Part shown: one piece after another, positions 9,973-19,489 of the stretch
Position numbering within the stretch: position 1 is the first letter of the stretch
Layout of the letters: each line of letters begins with the position of its first letter
Origin: Candidatus Saccharimonadota bacterium
GTDB lineage: Bacteria; Patescibacteriota; Saccharimonadia; Saccharimonadales; JACDBH01
Direction: 5' to 3'
DNA: 64,000 nucleotides
NCBI GenBank assembly: GCA_013694995.1
Contig: JACDBH010000004.1
Span: 128,995-192,994, forward strand
Program-made: the position numbers and the translations under genes
The notes under the pieces: generated by a model
Database searches by the model: none
The model's input: only the letters and a program-made list of their open reading frames with translations
Told to the model about the DNA's origin: nothing

Positions 9973-11361
9973 ATGCAGACTACTTATAGACCAGAAACTG
10001 CACAGATACCAATTACAGAAGCATTAGATGCGGACGAATTAAGGGGCATAGACTTAAGCCAATTCAGACGGTTAAGTCTTAATGAGCATAAAATTCAAAA
10101 AATACTTGACGAGACCGACCGCAGTTTAAAAACAACCGATACTGACTTGTGGGTAAGCTATGGTGAAAACAGTTTACGTCCAGACGAAAAGGTAACAGAT
10201 TATCCGCTTGCCGTTGTCCTAACCCTTGCGGAGTTTGTTGCCGAGCTTCCAGACAAGCCTTTTGATAACATTACCTTCTTAAAAAAGAATAGCCAGGATC
10301 CGTTGTTCAGGGAGCTTCATGACCAATTGGCAAAAGATCAAAGCTTAAAACTTGCCTTAAATGTAGCGCTTGAAGATATATTTGGTGTGGCTAAACAAGA
10401 CCGCATATTCCAAAAGCACCGGGATAGGATATCCCTGGCTCTGATGGAATTATCTTTGATTAGGGAATCTGAGACTCAACAGTCTACACGTATTAGTAGT
10501 AAAAAAAGAAATTTTCGCTTAGGCCGTTCTTTAGGAGTAGGCATTGTGGGTGTTTTGGCAATTGCCGGTACAAGCGAAGTTGCACTGAAAAATGACGAAA
10601 ATAAATCGTCTGTTGCAGAATCTACGACCACTATAGACCACTCAAACATTACTGAGAATATTATAATATCTCAGCCGGCTCCAAGTACTTCGGCAGAACA
10701 ACAACCTGAATTCATATGTCCTAAGCCAGCGGAAGACGGCTCTATAGCAACTATTGTGCAATATGGTGACTCAATGTGGAAAATTGCTGAGGCTTGTAAT
10801 ACATCGGTATCTGCGCTCAAGGAATTGAATGAATATATTGAGGATGTAAATGATATAAAGACTGGGCAAATAGTACTTATTAAACCAACAACAGCATCGA
10901 CTGCTACAACAGAAAACCCAATTATAATTACCAATTATGCGCCAGCATCAACCGTGCCTGAAACTACGACAACGCCGGTGCCGGAAACCACATTAGCTGC
11001 TATTGAGGAACCACTCCCCGAAATAACAGTTGTGCCTGAACTTGTTCAAGAAACGACAATACCAGCAGTTGAAGAGACAGCGCCTCCGCAACCTCAAAGT
11101 GACGGTACGCTTTCAGCTCAGGCCTGTAAAGATAAAGGCGGAACGCATCAACAAGCATTTAACGGTATAGGTGGCTGGGAATTCTTACGAAAATTTTATG
11201 CTGCCCAAGGTTATACTGTTACAAATAATGAGCTTGGATCATATTATAATACAACCCAACCGGACGATTTCCGTATACGGGACATCACGGGATCGACACC
11301 AGAGCATAAAGTTTTCGAATGCGCACCGAGCTTCAGCGATTTCATGAAGTATGCCCGTTAA
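9973..11361 (+). CDS. single-pass membrane protein with LysM domain and Thr/Pro-rich linker
   Basis: TM segment LGRSLGVGIVGVLAIAGTS. LysM-like IVQYGDSMWKIAEACNTSVSALKELNEYIEDVNDIKTGQIVLIKP. Confidence 0.65.
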   Translation: MQTTYRPETAQIPITEALDADELRGIDLSQFRRLSLNEHKIQKILDETDRSLKTTDTDLWVSYGENSLRPDEKVTDYPLAVVLTLAEFVAELPDKPFDNITFLKKNSQDPLFRELHDQLAKDQSLKLALNVALEDIFGVAKQDRIFQKHRDRISLALMELSLIRESETQQSTRISSKKRNFRLGRSLGVGIVGVLAIAGTSEVALKNDENKSSVAESTTTIDHSNITENIIISQPAPSTSAEQQPEFICPKPAEDGSIATIVQYGDSMWKIAEACNTSVSALKELNEYIEDVNDIKTGQIVLIKPTTASTATTENPIIITNYAPASTVPETTTTPVPETTLAAIEEPLPEITVVPELVQETTIPAVEETAPPQPQSDGTLSAQACKDKGGTHQQAFNGIGGWEFLRKFYAAQGYTVTNNELGSYYNTTQPDDFRIRDITGSTPEHKVFECAPSFSDFMKYAR

Positions 11362-11419
11362 TCGATTGTATTTTTGGATACCTAGGCTTTAGCACATGCA
11401 TCAGTAGTTATATACTATT

Positions 11420-12928
11420 TTGGTGACCAACGAAATATTAGTGGAGAAATTATCTAATTTACCTAAAGAGCCCGGCGTTTATTTTCATAAGAATTTAGCC
11501 GGGGAAATTATTTATGTCGGTAAAGCCGCAGTGCTCAAGAACCGGGTGCGCCAATATTTTCAAACTAGCCGCAACCGTGACCCAAAGACCGAAGCATTAG
11601 TTTTAGAAATAGCCGACGTGGATTGGATTGAAGTCGAAAGTGAAATCGAAGCGCTCTTTCTAGAAGCTGAGATGATCAGGCGGTATTTGCCACGCTATAA
11701 TATTTTGCTTCGTGACGATAAGTCCAACCTGTATGTACGGATCGATATGAAGAGCGTGTATCCGAGCGTAAGCTATACTCGGCGGCCGCTGGACGATGGT
11801 GCGCTGTACCTAGGGCCTTATTTGAATGGCTTCAGCGTTAAGCGGGCAATGAAATATTTACGCAAAATTTTTCCATACTCGATGCATCTTATTCTTCCCA
11901 ATCGGCCGTGTCTGCAGTACCATATAGGCCTTTGCCCCGGACCGGAGAGTGGCAGTCTGGACAGCAAAGTTTATAAAGAAATACTCAAGAGACTCATCAT
12001 GTATCTAAAAGGTGAGAGAGTACAGCTGGTTAATGAACTTGAGCGGGAAATGCACTCAGCAGCAAAAAAAAAGGAATTTGAACTTGCCGCGCAGTTACGC
12101 AACCAGTTATTTGCGCTACGCAACCTAAGCAAACAAGTTATCTTTAGCGATCGGGAAAACATGGACTTAAGCCGCGACCACGCGCTTAATGATTTGTCGC
12201 AGCTATTGGGACTTAAGAAGATCCCCCGGCGGATTGAAGGTTACGATATTTCGCATATGTCAGGAGTCGACACTGTAGCTAGCATGGTGGTTTTCACGAA
12301 TGGCGTGGCCGACAAGGGCGCCTACCGCAAGTTCAAAATGCGGATTTTGGGCAATGACGACTTTGCCCATATGAACGAAGTTTTATCACGAAGGCTGAGT
12401 GAAAAACATAACAACTGGCCTTTGCCCGACCTGTTTTTAATAGACGGTGGCAAGGGCCAGCTGGGGGCGGCCCTGATGGTGCTTAGTGAGCGTGATATAA
12501 AACGTCCGGCAATCGGCTTGGCCAAACAGTTCGAGGAAATTATCGTTAAAAAAGGCTGGCCGTTGATTGAAATTGATAGTAAAAAAATACTAGCATTAAA
12601 CGGCGTCGTCATGGAAAGCGACGACTTCTATACTATCAAGCTGCCTTCGAACTCGCATGTTGTCAAACTGCTACAACGTATCCGTGACGAGTCACACCGC
12701 TTTGCCATCAGCTACCACACTGTGCTGAAAACGAAACGCCAAACTAGCAGTTTACTAGATGATATCCCGACTATCGGTCCTGAAACTCGTAAAAAATTAC
12801 TAAGAACATTCGGCAGCTACAAAGGTATCCAACAGGCGAGACAGTGGGAGCTGGAGAAAATAGTAGGAGAAAAACGTGCCATTATATTGCGGCAATATAT
12901 GCGACCCCATCGTAAGGATGAGATATAA
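11420..12928 (+). CDS. uvrC: excinuclease ABC subunit C (short form)
   Basis: GIY-YIG N-terminus (GVYFHKN..GEIIYVGKA..LKNRVRQYF), a UvrC endonuclease core, and a C-terminal helix-hairpin-helix. TTG start. Confidence 0.85.
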   Translation: MVTNEILVEKLSNLPKEPGVYFHKNLAGEIIYVGKAAVLKNRVRQYFQTSRNRDPKTEALVLEIADVDWIEVESEIEALFLEAEMIRRYLPRYNILLRDDKSNLYVRIDMKSVYPSVSYTRRPLDDGALYLGPYLNGFSVKRAMKYLRKIFPYSMHLILPNRPCLQYHIGLCPGPESGSLDSKVYKEILKRLIMYLKGERVQLVNELEREMHSAAKKKEFELAAQLRNQLFALRNLSKQVIFSDRENMDLSRDHALNDLSQLLGLKKIPRRIEGYDISHMSGVDTVASMVVFTNGVADKGAYRKFKMRILGNDDFAHMNEVLSRRLSEKHNNWPLPDLFLIDGGKGQLGAALMVLSERDIKRPAIGLAKQFEEIIVKKGWPLIEIDSKKILALNGVVMESDDFYTIKLPSNSHVVKLLQRIRDESHRFAISYHTVLKTKRQTSSLLDDIPTIGPETRKKLLRTFGSYKGIQQARQWELEKIVGEKRAIILRQYMRPHRKDEI

Positions 12929-12939
12929 TAGCTGCTTAA

Positions 12940-14160
12940 ATGACTGATATTTTTACTAATGGCTTTTTTATTGGTAACAGAAAAGCCTTACGTCAAACTA
13001 CCGACAGCAATTTAATTGTATTATCAGCCAACGGTTTACTCCAGCGCAGTGGTGATACAACATTTCCGTTTCGCCAAGATAGTAATTTCTGGTACCTGAC
13101 TGGCATTGAAGAACCTGATTTTATTTTAGTGATGGCGGAAAATGAGGATTTCTTGATTATGCCAAAGCGTGGAGAGCATCGTGATCTTTGGGACGGTATA
13201 GTTAATAAAAAAACCATTAGACAGTGCTCTGGGATTGATACGATTCTTGAATTCCATGAGGGTTGGCTAAAACTTGATAAGCTGCTTAAAAAATACAACA
13301 AAGTTCATACACTGGCTCCAGCTGACGTATATATGGAGCACTTTGGATTTTATGCTAATCCGGCGCGGGGCGTCTTGTTAGCGGCTTTACAAAAACATCG
13401 GAAGTTAGAAATAGTTGATGCCCGTAAAGATATAGCACGTCAAAGACAAATAAAGCAATCACCAGAAATTACAGTCCTGCAGCGTGCTATTGATATAACA
13501 ACCGAAACGTTAAAAGATGTGCGAAATAACCTGACTAATTATAAGACTGAGTATGAAGTCGGAGCTGATATAGCAGCTGGGTTTTTACGTCGCGGTGCCT
13601 CAGGCCATGGCTATCAGCCGATTATAGCCTGCGGCAAGCACGCAACGACGATTCATTACACCCAAAACAGAGCGGTTTTGGATGAACAGTTACTGCTTTT
13701 GGATGTAGGGGCTGAAGTTGCCAACTATAGTGCCGACATTACTAGAACTTACGCTATTAAAAAGCCTACCCCCAGGCAGCGTCATGTTCACGACAGTGTC
13801 ATTGCCGTTCAGCAGAAAGCTTTCGATATGTTAAAGCCTGGTATCGACATGAAGGAATTTGAGCAAGCAGTAGATTTAGAAATGGCCAGAGAACTTAGAA
13901 AGTTAAAGGTCTTAGGCAACATTAATGATAAAAAGAAGCTGAAAAAGTACTACCCCCACTTAACATCACACTTTCTTGGACTCGATACGCATGATGCCGC
14001 AGACTACACTAGGCCTCTAAAACCCGGCATGGTGTTAACGGTAGAGCCAGGTATTTACCTGCCTGATGAAGAAATCGGTATAAGAATCGAAGACGACGTG
14101 CTGATAACCGAAACGGGCATAAAGGTGCTGAGTGCAAACTTGCCCACAGACTTAGGCTAA
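12940..14160 (+). CDS. Xaa-Pro aminopeptidase (peptidase M24B)
   Basis: M24 metal-ligand blocks DVGAEVANYSADITRT, HFLGLDTHD, EPGIY and IRIEDDVLIT. Confidence 0.85.
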   Translation: MTDIFTNGFFIGNRKALRQTTDSNLIVLSANGLLQRSGDTTFPFRQDSNFWYLTGIEEPDFILVMAENEDFLIMPKRGEHRDLWDGIVNKKTIRQCSGIDTILEFHEGWLKLDKLLKKYNKVHTLAPADVYMEHFGFYANPARGVLLAALQKHRKLEIVDARKDIARQRQIKQSPEITVLQRAIDITTETLKDVRNNLTNYKTEYEVGADIAAGFLRRGASGHGYQPIIACGKHATTIHYTQNRAVLDEQLLLLDVGAEVANYSADITRTYAIKKPTPRQRHVHDSVIAVQQKAFDMLKPGIDMKEFEQAVDLEMARELRKLKVLGNINDKKKLKKYYPHLTSHFLGLDTHDAADYTRPLKPGMVLTVEPGIYLPDEEIGIRIEDDVLITETGIKVLSANLPTDLG

Positions 14161-14176
14161 CATACAATGTAGGGGA

Positions 14177-14539
14177 ATGAAAAAACCCTGGAGTCGGTTC
14201 TTACTTAGGTGGTTTGTTTGCAGCCTTGGGCTGTGGATTGCTGCTGGCTTTTTGGATGGACGCATTGCTTATAACAGTCGCCTAGGTGTAATAGTAGTTT
14301 CAGGTTTGATTCTAGCAATCGTCAACTCCGTAATTAAGCCATTAGTCGTGTTACTGAGCCTGCCGGCAATTCTTTTTAGTCTTGGCCTGTTTATGATTGT
14401 TGTTAACGGGCTAATGGTTTTATTGGCAAGCGTCCTCTATAAACCCCTGCAAGTGACAAGTTTTGGAGCGGCTATGCTTGCAGGAGTCTTCATCGGCTTG
14501 GTAAACTATCTAGTAACAGCAATTGTAGAGGATATATGA
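14177..14539 (+). CDS. small 4-TM membrane protein (holin family IV / YvlD-like)
   Basis: 120 aa with the pattern G..LA.VN..IKP......LP....LGLF..V.N. typical of PF04020-type proteins. Confidence 0.55.
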   Translation: MKKPWSRFLLRWFVCSLGLWIAAGFLDGRIAYNSRLGVIVVSGLILAIVNSVIKPLVVLLSLPAILFSLGLFMIVVNGLMVLLASVLYKPLQVTSFGAAMLAGVFIGLVNYLVTAIVEDI

Positions 14540-14751
14540 CGATAGCAAATTACGTAACGATTATTTCAGCGGTGCTTGTAACTATATTGATAATGATTCA
14601 AACCAGAGGTGCCAGTTTGGGCGCTGGAATGGGTGGTGGCGGCGAAGTAAATACGGTCCGTCGAGGTTCGGAAAAGTCACTTCATAACATAACTATTTTT
14701 ATGGTTCTGGTGTTCTCATTTTCACTGATTGCAAATCTTATTCAAATATAA
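14536..14751 (+). CDS. secG: preprotein translocase subunit SecG
   Basis: 71 aa, two TM helices flanking a Gly-rich loop (QTRGASLGAGMGGGGE). Layout resembles B. subtilis SecG. Confidence 0.7.
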   Translation: MTIANYVTIISAVLVTILIMIQTRGASLGAGMGGGGEVNTVRRGSEKSLHNITIFMVLVFSFSLIANLIQI

Positions 14752-14787
14752 GCCGTTAATCTATACATAAGGGGTGGAAAGTACTTA

Positions 14788-16563
14788 ATGATTGATCGTA
14801 CGACTAAACTCCGATGGCGCCGGCGGGTCAGGCGTCGTCAGCGCCAAGTAGAAGACATTGGTTCACAGACCGAAGAAAATCTCGATCGTCATTTTTTCAG
14901 GCGGTTGGGCAGACTTTATGAGGTGCGCCGCTTTATCCTGGCATGGTTAATGCTACTCGTAGCATTAATTGGTGCGGTAGTCGTACAGACCCGGGCCCTG
15001 GGTGATTATTACCTCAAGATTGTCCCAGTTGCCGGTGGCATCTACAGCGAGGGGATATTAGGAACCTACACTAATGCTAATCCGATTTTTGCTACTGGTG
15101 ATGTCGACACTGCGGTTTCTCGCCTGCTTTTTTCTAGTCTATTCAGTTATGATGCCGACAATATTCTAGTGGGCGACATAGCCGAGGGCTGGTCGGTTGA
15201 TGAAAGTGGAAAAATCTATACAGTAAAACTGAGGCAGGATATATTCTGGCACGACGAAACTCAACTGACTGCCAAAGACGTACTATTTACCTATCAAACA
15301 ATCCAGAATCCTGACGCCCGGTCACCACTTTTCTCGAGCTGGTCAGGGGTAAAAATAGAAGCTTCTGATGAGCACACACTCACATTCACCCTGCCAAATG
15401 TCTTAGCTTCTTTCCCATATTCAATGACCAATGGCATTATTCCTGAACATTTGCTTAAAGAAGTCGCCGTGACAGACTTAAGAGGCTCATTATTTAATAC
15501 AATTGAACCAGTAGGAACAGGACCTTTCAAGTGGGGAGGTGTTGAGGTTGTCGGCGATACTGTCGAAAATCGTGAGCAACGCATTGCATTAAAAGCAAAC
15601 AATAAATATCATAAGGGACCTCCACGAGTTACCGAATTTATACTTCGTGCATATTTAAATGAAAACGCATTGGTCGGTAGTTTTGATAGAGGCGAACTTA
15701 ATGCCGTGGTTGGAGCATTGTCAATGCCCTTATCAGGCAACCTGGCAGAAGAATATAATATTTCGTTGACAGGCTCGGTCATGATATTTTTCCGTAATAC
15801 ACAAGAAGTTTTGCAGGATGCTAAGGTAAGACGCGCCCTTACTTTTGCTACCAACCAAAAAGAGATAATACGTAGCTTAGCCTATTCGAGTAAAGCCGTG
15901 ACAGGACCATTGCTACCTGAGCATATCGGCTATGACGAAACACTTATGCAGTATGGGTTTGATCTTGAGCAAGCCAAAAAACTGCTTGAAGAGGCAGGTT
16001 GGATGTCGGATCTGTCGGGCGATATACGCGTAAAGGACGGTCATAAGTTAAGTATGACTCTGACGACCCTAAGCAGTGCTGAATACGCCGGAGTCGCTAC
16101 TCAGTTGCAGAAACAATGGCGTCTGGCAGGAGTGGACCTTATAGTCAATTCATTTTCTCAGGACGAGTTACAGAGCCTTATAGGTCAGAGGGCATATGAT
16201 GCCCTTATGTATGGCATAGTAATGGGAGTGGACGCTGATCAATTCGCCTACTGGCATAGCACCCAGGCAGACGTGCTGGCGCAGCAGCGGCTTAATTTCT
16301 CAGATTATAAGTCAGCTACAGCCGATGCGGCACTTGAAGCCGGCCGTACTAGGATAAACGCCGAACTTCGTGCAGCTAAATACAAGCCTTTCTTGCAATC
16401 ATGGCGCGACGACGCCCCGGCTATTGCCCTATATCGCCCGCGGTTTATCTATACTACTTACGACAAGGTATATAACTTCCAGGCAAAAGATATTCATTCT
16501 CCAACCGACCGATTCTTGGGTATTGAGCAATGGATGATTCGCACCGACCGTGCAGTAAACTAA
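14788..16563 (+). CDS. ABC transporter substrate-binding protein, family 5 (peptide/nickel, OppA-like), membrane-anchored
   Basis: 591 aa with an Arg-rich N-terminus plus a TM anchor. SBP_bac_5-like blocks (WHDE..LTAKDV.FTY, GTGPFK). Confidence 0.75.
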   Translation: MIDRTTKLRWRRRVRRRQRQVEDIGSQTEENLDRHFFRRLGRLYEVRRFILAWLMLLVALIGAVVVQTRALGDYYLKIVPVAGGIYSEGILGTYTNANPIFATGDVDTAVSRLLFSSLFSYDADNILVGDIAEGWSVDESGKIYTVKLRQDIFWHDETQLTAKDVLFTYQTIQNPDARSPLFSSWSGVKIEASDEHTLTFTLPNVLASFPYSMTNGIIPEHLLKEVAVTDLRGSLFNTIEPVGTGPFKWGGVEVVGDTVENREQRIALKANNKYHKGPPRVTEFILRAYLNENALVGSFDRGELNAVVGALSMPLSGNLAEEYNISLTGSVMIFFRNTQEVLQDAKVRRALTFATNQKEIIRSLAYSSKAVTGPLLPEHIGYDETLMQYGFDLEQAKKLLEEAGWMSDLSGDIRVKDGHKLSMTLTTLSSAEYAGVATQLQKQWRLAGVDLIVNSFSQDELQSLIGQRAYDALMYGIVMGVDADQFAYWHSTQADVLAQQRLNFSDYKSATADAALEAGRTRINAELRAAKYKPFLQSWRDDAPAIALYRPRFIYTTYDKVYNFQAKDIHSPTDRFLGIEQWMIRTDRAVN

Positions 16564-16571
16564 GAGCTACA

Positions 16572-16734
16572 GAACTCATTTCATATCTCCCGTCTGTTAA
16601 GTGAAGCAGTACATGGTGAGTGCCGGATGGTTGTTCTTGGGAGGAGGCGTGCCCATAGGCACGGCGACGAACAAAACTAACAGCTGGTGCCGCCAGGTAC
16701 TGCTGAAGCTGGAGGGGAGATATGAAATGAGTTC
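16572..16734. repeat. 163-bp element closed by a perfect 20-bp inverted repeat (candidate structured RNA or MITE)
   Basis: GAACTCATTTCATATCTCCC (16572-16591) is the exact reverse complement of 16715-16734. Nested inner helices AGCAGTAC/GTACTGCT and CGTGCC/GGCACG. Lies between convergent genes. Confidence 0.5.
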
Positions 16735-16781
16735 AATAGATGATGAAGTATTTAATAAATGGCCGCAACTGGATCGGGCCG

Positions 16782-17336
16782 CTATCGCCTCGCTAAGTAG
16801 AAAAGATATTCTTTATTTTTACCCTTGCTCCCCACAATAGGTGACTCAACTTCCCCTAAAACTTCAAGTCCAATTTCTAGTAACTCGGCTCTTACCTTAT
16901 CTAGCACTTCAGGAATGTATTCATCAAGCAGTTTTCCTCTGTATAACATTGGAGGGTTGGCTTCGTAATGGGGCTTTACAAGGGTTACAAGATGGCCACC
17001 TGGTTTTAAATTTAATAGTGCATTCGGAGTAACTTTTTGTAGCTTAGTCCAGCTCGTATCTACTGTAATAAGATCGACCTTTTCTGGGAGTTTAACGTGC
17101 ATGGCATTTGTCCGCTCCATGACGATAACCCGTTTATTGTTGCGTAGTTTCCAGTCCAGGACTCCATATCCAGTCTCAACTGCATATACTTTTTTTGCGT
17201 CTGCCTGCAGCAGGCAGTCCACAAAGCCGCCAGTACTTGAACCAAAGTCTGCGCAAACCAAGCCCTCTATCTTTATATTCAAGCTTTGTAATGCGTGCTC
17301 GAGTTTCTCTCCCGCACGAGAGGCGTATTTCATCAA
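16782..17336 (-). CDS. TlyA-family rRNA 2'-O-methyltransferase (no S4 domain)
   Basis: SRAGEKLEHAL...DFGSSTGGFVDCLLQ..AKKVYAVETGYG.LDWKLRN..RV.VMERTNA matches the TlyA/FtsJ-like SAM-binding core. Confidence 0.8.
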   Translation of the reverse strand: MMKYASRAGEKLEHALQSLNIKIEGLVCADFGSSTGGFVDCLLQADAKKVYAVETGYGVLDWKLRNNKRVIVMERTNAMHVKLPEKVDLITVDTSWTKLQKVTPNALLNLKPGGHLVTLVKPHYEANPPMLYRGKLLDEYIPEVLDKVRAELLEIGLEVLGEVESPIVGSKGKNKEYLFYLARR

Positions 17337-17377
17337 TATAAAGTATAGACCATTGCTACTTCATATAACTTGGGTAA

Positions 17378-17408
17378 TTTATATGGTGGGCGAAAGAGGA
17401 CTTGAACC
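17378..17408 (-). repeat. 31-bp perfect direct repeat of the tRNA-Leu(CAG) 3' end plus trailer
   Basis: TTTATATGGTGGGCGAAAGAGGACTTGAACC is identical at 17378-17408 and 17534-17564. No matching 5' acceptor strand is present, so this copy is a fragment. Confidence 0.85.
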
Positions 17409-17539
17409 CGAAGAAGCCCAGTGGGCTTCTGAGTTCACGCTAGTTAAGCGTCTGTTTAGCATAGTGTTCAAAAGCTGTATATATACATTCTATTGTTTAG
17501 CGCTAAGGTACAATGTCCTATTTGTTCAGCAAGTTTATA

Positions 17540-17626
17540 TGGTGGGCGAAAGAGGACTTGAACCTCCACAAGATTGCTCTCACTAGCTCCTGAAGCTAGC
17601 GCGTCTACCAATTCCGCCATTCGCCC
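17540..17626 (-). tRNA. tRNA-Leu(CAG), type II, CCA encoded
   Basis: Manual cloverleaf: acceptor GGGCGAA/TTCGCCC, anticodon arm CTAGC-TTCAGGA-GCTAG, long variable arm, T arm GGAGG-TTCAAGT-CCTCT. Confidence 0.85.
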
Positions 17627-17845
17627 GCACTGTTATCAGGAAGTGCAACAGCCATAATTCGATGTCAACAAATCCAGTAAAACAAACCAAAAAGTAATTA
17701 TAGCGATAACAGGGGTAATTGTACCGGCATTCACTACTAATTGCAATTGATTGGAAGCCCTAAACCGCTATTACGTTCGTCACACTGTTTATGCTATGAT
17801 TGCTCTTAAGGAAAATAGAAATAAGTAGAGGGTAATTGTCTATTC

Positions 17846-19483
17846 ATGAGCAAAGTTGCACACTATTTACAGGAGCACCTTGTTGGTGAAGTTATTACCA
17901 GTCCTGATGCCCGCCGTTATTTTTCAACGGACGCTAGTATTTTTAATTTGACTCCTGCGATAGTTGTATATCCACGTAATGAAAATGATGTTCGTAAGAC
18001 TGCCAGGTTCACCTGGCAGCTAGCTGAACGGGGCAGAATAATACCAATTACGGCTCGCGGCCATGGCACTGACCAGTCCGGAGCTGCTATCGGTTCAGGC
18101 ATCATGCTGATTTTTCCAGCCTATATGAATAAGGTTTTAGAGCTCGATCCTAAAAGCGGTAGCGTGGCTGTTCAGCCGGGCTTGAATTACGGTAAACTGC
18201 AGCAAACCCTACATACACATGGCCGCTTTTTGCCACCGTTTCCGGCATCGATGGAGTATTCAACATTAGGTGGCGCCATCGGCAATAATGCCGGCGGAGA
18301 AAAGAGCGTCAAGTACGGCTCGACCAGGGAATATGTTCGTAATTTACGTGTTGTGCTTGCCAATGGCGAGGTGATCGAAACACGCCGTCTCAATAAACGC
18401 GAACTTAGCAAAAAGATGGGACTTAGCAGTTTTGAAGGCGAAGTCTATAGGGCGCTCGACACGCTTATAGAAGAGCAGCGAGACTTGGTCGTGAAATCAA
18501 AACTAGAGGTTAGTAAAAATTCGTCTGGTTACAATCTTGCCGACATTAAGAATAAAGATGGCTCATTCGACCTGACTCCTTTATTCGTTGGTTCTCAGGG
18601 CACCCTAGGTTTGGTTACGGAAGCTATAATGGAAACGGAAACCTTTAACCCTCAGTCCAGTTTAATTTCGGCGTCTTTCAATAGTATCGATGACGCCGCT
18701 AAAGCTGTGGCCGAACTCAGGAAACTGCCGGCTATTCCTAGTGCGATGGAGATGGTAGATGAGCATCTCATCACTTTTATCGAACAACATAATCCTAACC
18801 AGCTAAAAGGCTTGGTAGATAAACCGTATCACAAGTTGATATTACTGGTTGAGTTTGATGACGCCAACCAGCGTGTTCAAAAACGTAACGTCAAAAAAGC
18901 CCTTAAGATTCTAGATCGCTACAATGCCGTATGCAAAGTCGAAACTGAGACCGAACAACAAGAACAATTCTGGAAAATACGCCATGCAGCCGCTTCGGTG
19001 GCGTCATATCATGACGGCAATACCAAAGCGTTGCCAATTATTGAAGACGGAATCGTGCCAGTTGATCGGTTTGGAGAATACATCGAAAAAGTCTATGAAT
19101 TATTTGCCAAGCATCATCTGCAGGTGGCGTTGTGGGGCCATGCTGGCAATGGAAACCTGCACATGCAGCCCATGCTTGACCTTGCCCAGCTCGGCGACCG
19201 CCAGAAGATCTTTCGCCTAATGGACGAATACCACAAACTGGTAATTGAATTGGGAGGTTCATTGAGTGGCGAGCATGGTGACGGACGGCTGAGAGGCCCG
19301 TACCTAGAACAATTGTACGGCCCGCAAATCTATGAATTATTTACAAAAGTAAAAGCAATTTTTGATCCGCATGGTATTTTGAATCCAGGTGTTAAAACCG
19401 GCATTACACTGGATGATATCAAGCCTTTACTGCGGTCAGAATATACCCTGGATCACTTGTATGACCATTTACCGCGTACTTAA
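17846..19483 (+). CDS. FAD-binding oxidase (GlcD / D-lactate dehydrogenase family)
   Basis: FAD_binding_4-type N-terminus (ITARGHGTDQSGAA, GGAIGNNAGGEKS) and C-terminal GGSLSGEHGDGRLR. Confidence 0.8.
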   Translation: MSKVAHYLQEHLVGEVITSPDARRYFSTDASIFNLTPAIVVYPRNENDVRKTARFTWQLAERGRIIPITARGHGTDQSGAAIGSGIMLIFPAYMNKVLELDPKSGSVAVQPGLNYGKLQQTLHTHGRFLPPFPASMEYSTLGGAIGNNAGGEKSVKYGSTREYVRNLRVVLANGEVIETRRLNKRELSKKMGLSSFEGEVYRALDTLIEEQRDLVVKSKLEVSKNSSGYNLADIKNKDGSFDLTPLFVGSQGTLGLVTEAIMETETFNPQSSLISASFNSIDDAAKAVAELRKLPAIPSAMEMVDEHLITFIEQHNPNQLKGLVDKPYHKLILLVEFDDANQRVQKRNVKKALKILDRYNAVCKVETETEQQEQFWKIRHAAASVASYHDGNTKALPIIEDGIVPVDRFGEYIEKVYELFAKHHLQVALWGHAGNGNLHMQPMLDLAQLGDRQKIFRLMDEYHKLVIELGGSLSGEHGDGRLRGPYLEQLYGPQIYELFTKVKAIFDPHGILNPGVKTGITLDDIKPLLRSEYTLDHLYDHLPRT

Positions 19484-19489
19484 GATTTG

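Noticed and set aside
3637-11361. Interpreting the five-gene operon as a conjugative type IV secretion module
   Set aside because: No VirB4/VirD4-like ATPase (no Walker A proteins), relaxase, coupling protein or pilin is present in or next to the operon. Only the hydrolase architecture is reminiscent.
16601-16840. Track ORF 16601-16840 (+), 79 aa
   Set aside because: It lies inside the 163-bp inverted-repeat element and overlaps the 3' end of the TlyA-like gene. It has a GTG start without an RBS.
17101-17586. Track ORF 17101-17586 (+), 161 aa
   Set aside because: It runs antisense through the TlyA-like gene and across the tRNA-Leu repeat region, so it is spurious.
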